DNA from: Octopus sinensis
Lineage: Eukaryota
Length of the DNA stretch: 11,749 bases
Direction of reading: 5' to 3'
Assembly: GCF_006345805.1 (NCBI RefSeq)
Contig: NW_021826848.1
Location: 1 to 11,749, forward strand
Of this stretch, positions 1 through 7,842 are shown in pieces. The translations under genes were made by a program, and so were the position numbers. Under the pieces are notes generated by a model. The model worked only from the letters and a program-made list of their open reading frames with translations, was not told where the DNA came from and ran no database searches. How positions within the stretch are numbered: position 1 is the first letter of the stretch; every line of letters begins with the position of its first letter.

Positions 1-261
1 ACTCCACTGGACCCTCATAGCCATTCGAAGTCCCATTAAATTTTTATAATTAAACATTAGAAATTGTGTAAAACATTTTCTTTTTGATATTTTCTCCAGT
101 GAATAACCGTTTTATTGTACAAAGTTATTAGCAAAATTTTATAAGGACCCCGGAAGAGAACCATCGATGTACAGCAAAGAGGTGGGAAGGGCATGGGTGG
201 GTTGCTTTTAAACATGCGGCACCTTAAAAAGGACTAAGCCGCGACGAAACAATCTCAACAT

Positions 262-746
262 ATGTGTTTGTATGCACATACATGTATACATACACACACA
301 CACACACACACACGGATACATACCTATGTGCGTATGAATGAGTGTGTGTGTGTGTGTTTGTGTGTGTGTATGCATATTTGTTTGTGTGTGTGTGTTTATG
401 TGCTATTAAGTTGTGTAGTGATTTAAGGAAGGGTTTTGTTGGAATTGTTTGGGGAAAAACACTTAGAATTGTTTTATTTACTCGTTTATTTATTTAGTGG
501 TTTGTGTGTGTGTGTGTGTGACTGTGCGTGTGTGTGTGTGTGTGGTGTGTGTGTTAATGGGACAAGGAGACAGAAAGAGAGAGGTCAGAAAGAGAGGTTG
601 AGTAGGATGCTTGAGAGAAAGAATTAAGGATATATATATATATATATATATACGAATTTATATTATTTGTGTATGTTTGTGTGCGTATGTGCGTGTGTAT
701 GCATATGTGTGAATACGTTTATATATATATATATATATATATATAT
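262..746. repeat. Compound dinucleotide microsatellite cluster: (CA)n ~290-313, (TG)n ~343-398 and ~503-554, (TA)n ~629-652 and ~720-746
   Basis: Directly visible tandem dinucleotides. ORF 436..627 (VCVC runs) is a by-product. Confidence 0.95.
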
Positions 747-754
747 GAATATCA

Positions 755-820
755 TTCTTAAAGAAAAATATTACTGACAGTGACTTCGAAGTCACTGTCA
801 GCAATATTCTTATTTAAGAA
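755..820. repeat. Spacerless inverted repeat (33-bp arms)
   Basis: The left arm ttcttaaagaaaaatattactgacagtgacttc matches the reverse complement of the right arm (ttcttaaataagaatattgctgacagtgacttc) at 30/33 positions. The centre lies between 787 and 788. Confidence 0.95.
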
Positions 821-910
821 CAACAAATTCGCACTTTGCAAAAGTATAGAGTAACCCATCAGATGAATGTAAAAGCGTTTTTACTATAATTGAGCACAAA
901 AGCTTTTATT

Positions 911-1033
911 CTTTTACTCTTTTACTTGTTTCAGTCATTTGATTGCGGCCTTGCTGGAGCACCGCCTTTAGTCGAGCAAATCGACCCCAGACTTATTCTT
1001 TGGAAGCCTAGTACTTATTCTATCGGTCTCTTT
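911..1033 (-). mobile_element. SINE 3' fragment (octopus-type tRNA-derived SINE)
   Basis: cttttacttgtttcagtcatttga..gcggcc.tgctggagcaccgcctttagtcgagcaaatcgaccccag..ctagtacttattctatcggtctc matches my recollection of an abundant octopus SINE 3' end. It shares the gaccccag...tagtactta core with the copy at 2022-2236. Confidence 0.8.
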
Positions 1034-1127
1034 CTCGTATGTATTTCTCTGTGGGTCTGTGTTTGTCCCCACCACCAAGTTTTCAGTAGTTGTTATGGTG
1101 TAAAATAGGGAGTTTGAACGATTTAAT

Positions 1128-1176
1128 GGTGTAGGTATGATTGCGGTTAAGAAGCTTCTTTCACGGCCAATTGGTT
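1128..1176 (+). mobile_element. Decayed SINE 5' head fragment
   Basis: ggtgtaggtatgattgcggttaagaagctt parallels ggctgaaatagctgtgaggttaagaagctc at 1261; the two share GGTTAAGAAGCT. Confidence 0.5.
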
Positions 1177-1260
1177 CTCTCTTTGCTCATTCAACACCTG
1201 AGCTTTGATTCAACCAAAATTGTGTCTTTGAAATTTGGTAAATTTCAGAGAATATACTTT

Positions 1261-1419
1261 GGCTGAAATAGCTGTGAGGTTAAGAAGCTCACTTGGCAAC
1301 CATGTGGTTTCAGGATCGGTCCCACTGTGCAGCATCATGGTTAAATAGTGTATAATCCAGAACTGATCAAAGCCTTGAAAGTGATTTTGGTAAGTGGAAA
1401 CTGAAAGAAGCTAATCATA
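1261..1419 (+). mobile_element. Diverged tRNA-derived SINE (5' part)
   Basis: A-box-like TAGCTGTGAGG and degenerate B-box-like GGATCGGTCCC, followed by caaagccttg..gattttggta..ggaaactgaaagaagc, which I recall as typical of an octopus SINE body. It ends at a TA-rich tail. Confidence 0.7.
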
Positions 1420-1489
1420 TACAGGCTAACCATAAATCTTGGCTGCATAAACGAAAATGCATATTTTCAAGAATTTTATTCAACTCCAT

Positions 1490-2008
1490 TCATGAAGAAC
1501 CATTTCCACCATTATTGATGCAAAATTCTGTGTATTTTGTGAGATTCCTGTGAACCCAATGCAGTACCTGCACAGATCAGTCAGTTTGAGACCATTCATT
1601 CATGGGTACACGGAGGGGATGCCGAATACACTTTTGCAGAAGGACAAAAAGCCGAAGCCAAGAAGCCGAACGGACACAATGCCGAACGGACATAAAGCCG
1701 AACGGGCAAGTAACCGAAAAAACATTCGAAGATTAAAATTTAAACTCGTTAAATCTTAAGTGCTAAATTGGTGAATTGGTCATTAAACTATGTAGGTAGG
1801 AATTGTTTTTTTATTGTGCCCGTCCGGCTTTATGTCTATTCGGCTTCTTGTCCCTCAGAAAAAGTGCATTCGGCATCCTGTCCACGTACGCATTCATGAT
1901 GTGTTCCCTTAGATGGTTCCTCTCTGAGATTTTCATTGAGCACACCGTCTCCTTCAGTGTATCCCAGAACAAGAAGTCAACACAACTCTGATGAGCGAGG
2001 AACACATT
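1490..2008 (-). pseudogene. Tc1/mariner-type transposase C-terminal remnant
   Basis: The minus strand reads CVPRSSEL (cf. WPPRSPDL), then after a frameshift DFLFWDTLKETVCSMKISERNHLREHIMN. Removing the MITE and one TSD continues it in frame as EWSQTD*SVQVLHWVHRNLTKYTEFCINNGGN (cf. DFFLWGYLK..VY...CI..NGGHFE). It has one frameshift and one stop. Confidence 0.75.
1605..1890. mobile_element. MITE (non-autonomous DNA transposon), 286 bp, long imperfect TIRs, 8-bp TSD CATTCATG
   Basis: The TSD is at 1597-1604 and 1891-1898. The left end ggtacacggaggggatgccgaatacacttttgcagaaggacaaaaagccgaa matches the reverse complement of the right end, cgtacgtggacaggatgccgaatgcactttttctgagggacaagaagccgaa. There are internal GCCGAA repeats and an AT-rich centre. 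Confidence 0.85.
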
Positions 2009-2021
2009 TCACAAGAATATT

Positions 2022-2236
2022 GGTTTCAAAATTTTTGGCATGACGTCAGCAATTCCAGTGGAGGGTGTAAATCGATTACATTGACCCCAGTGCACACTAG
2101 TACTTACTTTATCGACACTGAAAGGTTAAAAGGAAAAATCGACATCGTTGGAATTTGAGCTCAGAACCCGAAGACGGACGAAATGCCGCTAAGCATTTCG
2201 TCCGGCGTGCAAACGATTCTGCCAGCTCGCCGCCTT
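2022..2236 (-). mobile_element. Near full-length tRNA-derived SINE
   Basis: The minus-strand head aaggcggcgagctggcagaatcg is A-box-like (2214-2224), with B-box-like GAGCTCAAATTCC at 2150-2162 and a perfect 12-bp stem at 2175-2186/2193-2204. A degenerate 17-bp TSD (2005-2021 vs 2237-2253) matches at 13/17. Confidence 0.85.
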
Positions 2237-2668
2237 CAGTCCACAACAACATTACTGATATTTTCCACACTTTATGTTCACCCCGTGTTGTACTCAATAC
2301 TTTAGAGAGTAGAGAATGTTATATTCCTTAATTGGTAACCTATGCAAAGTCAAAGGTTTCGATTTTATGCGAATCATATCACATGACTAGAATGACATAG
2401 AATCGAAAAAGAATGCATAGAATGTATTTTAGTCAACAAAGTATGCGCTTGTGTACACGCACGGTTACGCACACATATGCACAAAGGCATACACTTACAC
2501 ATGGCTTCAAATACAAGCATACACACACACCCACATAGTACAAAGAATAAAGAAAAAACGCAAAGACGTTGAGAGAAATAGGAATATTATCGACAAAAGA
2601 GATAAAACAGCACAGAACTTAAGAAAAAAATAAAGAATGGGGTTAGTTTGTTCGCCAAATATTCTTCC

Positions 2669-2720
2669 AGGCGCTGCTACAGCATGACCATAGTCTAATG
2701 TCTAAAGCAAGTAAAATAAT
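2669..2720 (+). mobile_element. Decayed SINE 3' tail
   Basis: aggcgctgctacagcatgaccatagtctaatgtctaaagcaagtaaaa resembles the reverse complement of 920-968. Confidence 0.55.
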
Positions 2721-2721
2721 G

Positions 2722-2798
<77 letters not shown>

Positions 2799-2824
2799 TT
2801 GTATGTGTGTGCATGTATGTGTGT
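2722..2824. repeat. (TA)n-(TG)n compound microsatellite
   Basis: Visible tandem repeats. Confidence 0.97.
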
Positions 2825-3432
2825 ATAGTTTATGGTTCCGTTAACGTCAGCATAAAATAGGAACTCCATCCAACCGAGATAAATATCATTTAATGTACTC
2901 TGTACTGCAATAAGAGCTACCAACAGTTTCTTGCTATTAAGACACGTGGTTAGGCAGGTTTTTATAACGTGCTTTATGCATCCAAGCAATATTGAGGTTG
3001 TGAGCCCATGTTGTGTTCCATTTGAAAATCAGGACACATCAACACGAGAAACCACGTGTAAAAAACGAGAAGTTTGATGCAAACACTGGCATGATAAGAG
3101 AAAGAGCAAATAAAAATGGAAAAGGAAAGGAAGGAAAAGAAAGAAAGTCTGAGTAACGTCTTCTTTGACCGAAGAAGTTATAATTAAACTAGTTGTAAAA
3201 TAATTGAATGGAGAGGAGTCCAAAGTCTGCGAGACAGCTGCTCGATCAGGAGAGGGTTCTGTCTTTCCGTCCACCAATAGATATTTGTCCATATACTTGC
3301 ATTTGCTGAAGATCTCAGATCTGGAATTATGTAGTGTAGTGGAATTCTTACATTTAAAAAGCATGTGTCACCTTTCAGCTACGCATAAGTTGTATTCCTT
3401 AAATCTCATATATAATGTTTGTCAATGTAAAT

Positions 3433-3526
3433 ATGTGCGAGCGTGTGTGTGTGTGTGTGTGTGTGCGTATGTGTGTGTGTGCGTGCGTATGTGCATGTGT
3501 ACGTGCGTGTGTTTGTGTGTGCGTGT
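3433..3526. repeat. Imperfect (TG)n microsatellite
   Basis: Visible tandem repeats. Confidence 0.95.
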
Positions 3527-3713
3527 GGTACTTCCCAATTGTAAAAGGATGAGTTAAAATACTTCGATGAACTGAGATGACCTGGGTAATCAGTTGATAA
3601 AAACTCCCCTGTAGGAAGTTTTCGAACTCTATGACAACAGTTAAGAGAATTGGTGGATGTTTGTGGGGCAACATTACACAGAGTAGACTGGTGAGGTTCT
3701 GGTTCTATAGATT

Positions 3714-3756
3714 AAAGAAAGAAAGAATGAAGGAAAGAAAGAAAGAAAGAATGAAT

Positions 3757-3792
<36 letters not shown>

Positions 3793-3793
3793 A
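3714..3793. repeat. (GAAA)n/(GAAT)n/(GA)n purine-rich repeat
   Basis: Visible tandem repeats. They explain the KER-rich ORF 3631..3981. Confidence 0.95.
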
Positions 3794-4019
3794 ATAATAC
3801 AGTTAAAGACGAAATCTCTGCTAAAATCTGTCGGTGTCAGTGGATTATTGTCTTCAATAATGGTATCCTGTTGAGATCAACGGAATCTTCTACAAAAAGT
3901 GTCGCACTGGATTTGATAGATCCAAGCAGAAAATTCTTCAGTTTCGTTATTTTTCTAGTCGTTTACGCTTTTAAGGATTAATTCTTTTTTTTACAATACC
4001 ATTTTTTATCGTTAAGAAA

Positions 4020-4020
4020 A

Positions 4021-4061
<41 letters not shown>

Positions 4062-4071
4062 TAATAATATA

Positions 4072-4102
<31 letters not shown>

Positions 4103-4120
4103 AATAATAATAATAATAAT
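4020..4120. repeat. (AAT)n microsatellite
   Basis: About 100 bp of imperfect AAT tandem array. Confidence 0.97.
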
Positions 4121-4445
4121 GACATGAATGTTGTGAGTAAAGAGGTTGAAAAAATTAACCAAGTACTCCGAATTGAAAGTGGAAACGACAAGACTGTATG
4201 GAATGCGAGAGGGTAATGTAAGAGTGATACCAGTGGTGATCGGAGTGTTGGGCTCAATCCCATTGAAACTTCAAGACTTCTTAAGGCCACTGGAAATCAC
4301 ATGCAAGATTGATGTCTTGCAAAAAGAAGCCTTCCTGGGCACAGCGCACATCTTAAGGAAAGTATTACCTGTCTGAGGTTCCTTGTTGTGACTTGACAGA
4401 TGACTTAAGTCCCCGGTGCAATTTTGTGTTACGAAGGAATAATTA
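4121..4445 (+). mobile_element. 5'-truncated R4/Dong-clade non-LTR retrotransposon (restriction-like endonuclease C-terminus plus 3' UTR)
   Basis: It translates DMNVVSKEVEK, then after a frameshift in an A-run LTKYSELKVETTRLYGMREGNVRVIPVVIGVLGSIP...LQKEAFLGTAHILRKVLPV* (stop at 4374-4376). This matches the KExEKxxKYxxL...VIPVVIGALG...QKxxxLGTAHILRKVL signature of R4/Dong RLE domains. It abuts the (AAT)n array. Confidence 0.88.
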
Positions 4446-4459
4446 CTATTTCAAATTTT

Positions 4460-4636
4460 GAAGTGTTTTGTTATTGAACAAAACACTTCCTTGCATGCAG
4501 CTCAGTCCACTCAAATGGCAAAAAGGAGTAACCGTACGACGGACCGGCGTCCCGTCCCCTGTCCAGGTGGGGAATGTATACGCGATGGAAACCGAGAAAC
4601 CGGCCCTCATGAGCCTGGCATGGCTTGAGAAGGAGA
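4460..4636 (+). mobile_element. Headless SINE fragment (central conserved domain plus 3' part)
   Basis: aaaacacttc..gctcagtccactcaaatggcaaaaaggagtaacc is similar to the reverse complement of 4947-4975 (cccctcagctggcaaaaacgagtagtacc). It is followed by ggaccggcgtcccgtcc..ggaaaccg..atgagcc, resembling V/Meta-type SINE domains from memory. Confidence 0.6.
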
Positions 4637-4748
4637 TATTTATTTTATGATAAAAATGAACGGTAATATTTTCTATCAATAGACACACTATTAATTTCTG
4701 ACTAGAAAATGGTATACAAAAAGAGTACAGAACCCCTATAATCCCATG

Positions 4749-5062
4749 AAAAAAAAAAAAGGAGCACTCCGTCGGTTACGACGACGAGGGTCCCAGCTGA
4801 TACGATCAATGGAACAGCTTGCTTGTGAAATTAACGTGCAAGTGGCTGAGCACTCCACAGACACGTGTACCTTTAACGTAGTTCGCAAGAAGATTCAGTG
4901 TGACACAGAGTGTGACAAGGCTGACCCTATTTTTTGAAATACAGGTACTACTCGTTTTTGCCAGCTGAGGGGACTCAAGGACACAATACGTCGCCGGAAA
5001 TCGAACTCACAATCTTACGATCATGAGCCGAATGTCCTAACCACTAAGCCACACGCCCTTAC
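4749..5062 (-). mobile_element. Full-length tRNA-derived SINE with TSD
   Basis: On the minus strand: A box TGGCTTAGTGG (5041-5051), B box GAGTTCGATTT (4998-5008) and a 3' T12 tail (4749-4760). The flanking direct repeat ataatcccatg (4738-4748) / ataatcctacg (5063-5073) matches at 9/11. Confidence 0.88.
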
Positions 5063-5509
5063 ATAATCCTACGGACTATAGGTCAAATCAACAAAGTAAA
5101 CCAATAATCCGTAACAATAGGATGTAAAGATCTGGTTTTTGGAATGTTATGCGAAGTTTACTCCGATAGACCTATAGTCTCAAACATAGTTTAGCAACAG
5201 TTTAAAACACCTGGTTACATTAATCAGGCTTTAGGAATTGTATAGATATTGAATCCCCTTATAGTTCCATCAACAATAAGCTAAATCTATTGACTATAAC
5301 CTGTCTTTCAACCAATCTTAAAAATAATTCCCAATCACAAGATATTGAACACACATTTGACATTCGGAACAGTGCACTTATTGACTTATAGACTATACCT
5401 ATAGGCTATGCCTTTGGCTTATACATATTGTTATAGATAATTCCCAATAAATTAGAAAATTACTATTTGCAAATCTCAGAACGAGAGATATTCAGCAACA
5501 GTTCTTTCT

Positions 5510-5871
5510 AGTAAAGATTGTTTGCCAACATAACATGGCAGTCCTGGTTTAGGACGAATGTGGCTGTAATTTAGCCCCAGGAGACATCGTCCCCTGCTGG
5601 CTATACGACACGATCTGTGTCCCTATATTTTTGAACAAGGGAATCTAGCAACCCCACTCAGCTCAAAACATCTGTATCTGTGTAACCCGGAAATCGCGAT
5701 ACACAGATATTGTTTTGGGCTGCGTTGGGGTGCTAGATTCCCTTGTTCAAAAATATAAGGACACAGATCGTGTCGTATAGCCAGCTGGAGACGATGTCTC
5801 CTGGGGCTAAATTACAGCAACATTCGTCCTAAACCAGGACTGCCATGTTATGTTGGCAAATAATCTTTACT
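5510..5871. mobile_element. 362-bp foldback inverted repeat (probable MITE/foldback element)
   Basis: The arms are 5510-5684 and 5700-5871 with a 15-nt loop. The outer 141 bp are 136/141 identical in reverse complement, while the inner ~33 bp are more diverged with a small indel. The repeat itself is certain; the transposon call is an inference because no TSD is seen. Confidence 0.8.
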
Positions 5872-5976
5872 CCAATTCCCAATAAGCTGTGAAAATCAAT
5901 AAATCGACGTAGATAATATCTAATAACCAGGTTAGTTCTAAAGAGAAGCTGTTGACTAAAGAAATTCTGTAAGCTG

Positions 5977-6240
5977 AAGAAAAGAGATGGGGAGGAGGGA
6001 GGGGAAGTGTGTGTGTGTTTGAGGGAGAGAATGAGCGAGTGTGCGCGTGCGTGAGCTGGTTTTATATGTCAGAGAAAGTGTATGAGTGAGAATGTTAGTG
6101 AGTGAGTGGAGGGGAGAGAGAGAGTGTTAGTGACTAAATAAGAAAGCGAGTGAGTGAGTGAGCGAGAGTGAGTGAGAATGAGGAAGAGAGAGAAGGGGGA
6201 GGAGGGAATTCAAGGTGCGGAGTATGAAGAAGAAGAAGCT
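5977..6240. repeat. GA/GT-rich low-complexity tract with (GAGT)n, (GA)n and (GAA)n
   Basis: Visible purine-biased simple repeats. Confidence 0.85.
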
Positions 6241-6488
6241 GGACGAGTGTGATTGAGAGAATGTGAACGAGGTCGGTAATGTTTAAGATCCCGGAACTGG
6301 CAGCCATTTCGTAGTTTGTTTACATCTGTTTAGTGGAGATAATAATTAATGAGGAGATCGCCATCAGCTTGCAGAGACGACATGTCGCGAAAGGAGTCGG
6401 GAGAGTTTGAGACAGACAACTGCAGAAATGGCACGGCGGCGGCGGACTTCAATGTGGCTCGATGCGAGGGTCATTCAGTGCCTAAATC

Positions 6489-6492
6489 TGTA

Positions 6493-6523
<31 letters not shown>

Positions 6524-6534
6524 TGTGTGTGTGT
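6489..6534. repeat. (TG)n microsatellite
   Basis: Visible tandem repeats. Confidence 0.95.
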
Positions 6535-6956
6535 ACTCAATAATGAGCTCAGTAGCAGTCATCGATATACAGGTCCCATTGGTTTCATGTAAGTTGGGTC
6601 TGATTATAGCTTTACAACACGATATTAGTTACGATCGTCAGGCTTGGCTGATGATTGTAACAAACATCGTGTTGGGAAACACCCTGGTACTTAGTCGTTT
6701 CTACGCTTCACACGAAGACAATGGGTCTTTACTTTTATTGTTGCGTTGTATTTAGTATATAATAAAGAACTTAATCTTCGTGGAAACTATACGTATACAA
6801 AGCAATACATACATTCATGTGTGTGTGGTGTGTGTGTGTATGGTTATATGAATGTGTGTATATATACAGACGCACACACAAACACAGAAACACGCACAAG
6901 ACAGATGCGTTAGAAGCACACACAAGCACATGAGTCTGTGGATGTATATGCATATA

Positions 6957-7057
6957 AGAAGTATTCTGCGCGGGAACACAGCGCATCGCCCGGTCTAGGA
7001 ACCGAAACCATAATCTTAGGATCGCGAGCGCTACATCCCGACCGTTAAGCCACAAGT

Positions 7058-7058
<1 letters not shown>
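6957..7058 (-). mobile_element. Diverged tRNA-derived SINE head
   Basis: The reverse complement gtggcttaacggtcgggatgtagcgctcgcgatcctaagattatggtttcggttcc..gcgatgcgctgtgttcc aligns by eye with the head of the 4749-5062 SINE (gtggcttagtggttaggacattcggctcatgatcgtaagattgtgagttcgatttcc..gcgacgtattgtgtcc). Confidence 0.75.
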
Positions 7059-7097
<39 letters not shown>

Positions 7098-7114
7098 AAC
7101 AACACACACACACA

Positions 7115-7155
<41 letters not shown>
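7059..7155. repeat. (CT)n-(CA)n-(ACT)n compound microsatellite
   Basis: Visible tandem repeats. Confidence 0.97.
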
Positions 7156-7159
<4 letters not shown>

Positions 7160-7266
7160 CCTTTAAGTACCAGTTACGCACTGGGGTCGATGTAATCGAC
7201 TTAATCCGTTTGTCTGTCCTTGTTTGTCCCCTCTGTGTTTAGCCCCCTTGTGGGAATTAAAGAAAT
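7156..7266 (+). mobile_element. SINE 3' half embedded in (ACT)n
   Basis: taagtaccagttacgcactggggtcgatgtaatcga closely matches the reverse complement of 2070-2106. It has a distinct 3' tail ending gtgggaattaaagaaat. Confidence 0.8.
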
Positions 7267-7267
7267 T

Positions 7268-7655
7268 TACTACACTACTACTACTAGTACTAGTAGTAGT
7301 AGTAGTAGTAATACTACAGCGATTACCAGTTGCTGCTGCTGCTGCTGCTGATACTATTACTACTACAGTAATCTAAGTAGTATTTAAGTGGACGATGTGT
7401 TTTCGATGTTCGACATCAGTAAGGGAGAGAGAGGAGGGGGAGGAGAGACAGACAGACAGACAGACAGAGAGAAAAGAGAGAAGAGAAGGGTGTCAGAGAG
7501 AGAGTTGGGGTACTATTAAAGTGCCACAAACGGTAACATAGCGAAGGTGAAGAAAGATTAACTGTGGCAAGTTGTTGTGCTGAGTATGGTAAATGGTGGC
7601 GGAGGTAGTTTTGTTGTGGTGGTGGTAAGGGTGGTGGTGGTGGTGGTGAGGGTGA
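7268..7655. repeat. Mixed simple repeats: (ACT)n/(AGT)n, (GCT)n, (GACA)n/(GA)n, (GGT)n
   Basis: Visible tandem repeats separated by short unique spacers. Confidence 0.9.
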
Positions 7656-7797
7656 CGGCGGTAACGGAAGAGTAGATTTGGTTTTTGAAAACCCTTGTCG
7701 AAATATATAAGTCTGTATGCGCGGGAGTGCGTGCGGGCGTCATTTTGTATATTTTGAGAGCAAGCATCTCCGTATGAAATCCTGCGTTGAATAACAG

Positions 7798-7811
7798 TGC
7801 GCGTGCGCGTG

Positions 7812-7842
<31 letters not shown>

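Larger units (their letters stand above)
1422..2285 (-). mobile_element. Internally deleted, decayed Tc1/mariner-superfamily DNA transposon, interrupted by a MITE and a SINE
   Basis: The left end is TA|CAGGCTAACCATAAA at 1420. A degenerate opposite TIR lies at 2265-2286 (reverse complement acggggtgaacataaagtgtgg, 15/22 identical to 1421-1442). Transposase C-terminal remnants lie between them. Confidence 0.65.

Noticed and set aside
140-260. GC-richer segment that may be a repeat terminus
   Set aside because: No TIR, TSD, Pol III box or coding motif could be identified.
1550-1759. ORF with repeated MPN/KPN motifs
   Set aside because: It is the translation of the MITE's GCCGAA subterminal repeats.
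1988-2010. CTGATGAG hammerhead core
   Set aside because: There is no stem II or GAAA downstream. The sequence is explained as the antisense of the transposase PRSSEL codons.
3545-3700. Possible RTE-type LINE C-terminal relic (LRW..RTL-like)
   Set aside because: The similarity is too weak and broken to support by eye.
4586-4632. GAAAC...CTCATGAGCC..GGCTTGAGAA hammerhead-like arrangement
   Set aside because: The core is CTCATGA rather than CTGANGA and no GAAA directly follows the stem. It fits a SINE 3' region.
4990-5062. tRNA gene (also considered at 2150-2236 and 6985-7058)
   Set aside because: A and B boxes are present, but there is no proper cloverleaf, and each continues into a SINE body. 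These are SINE heads.
6137-6308. Minus-strand ATG in good context (aaATGGCTGCC) opening a ~57-codon frame
   Set aside because: It runs into CT-rich low complexity with no recognisable product or clear splice donor.
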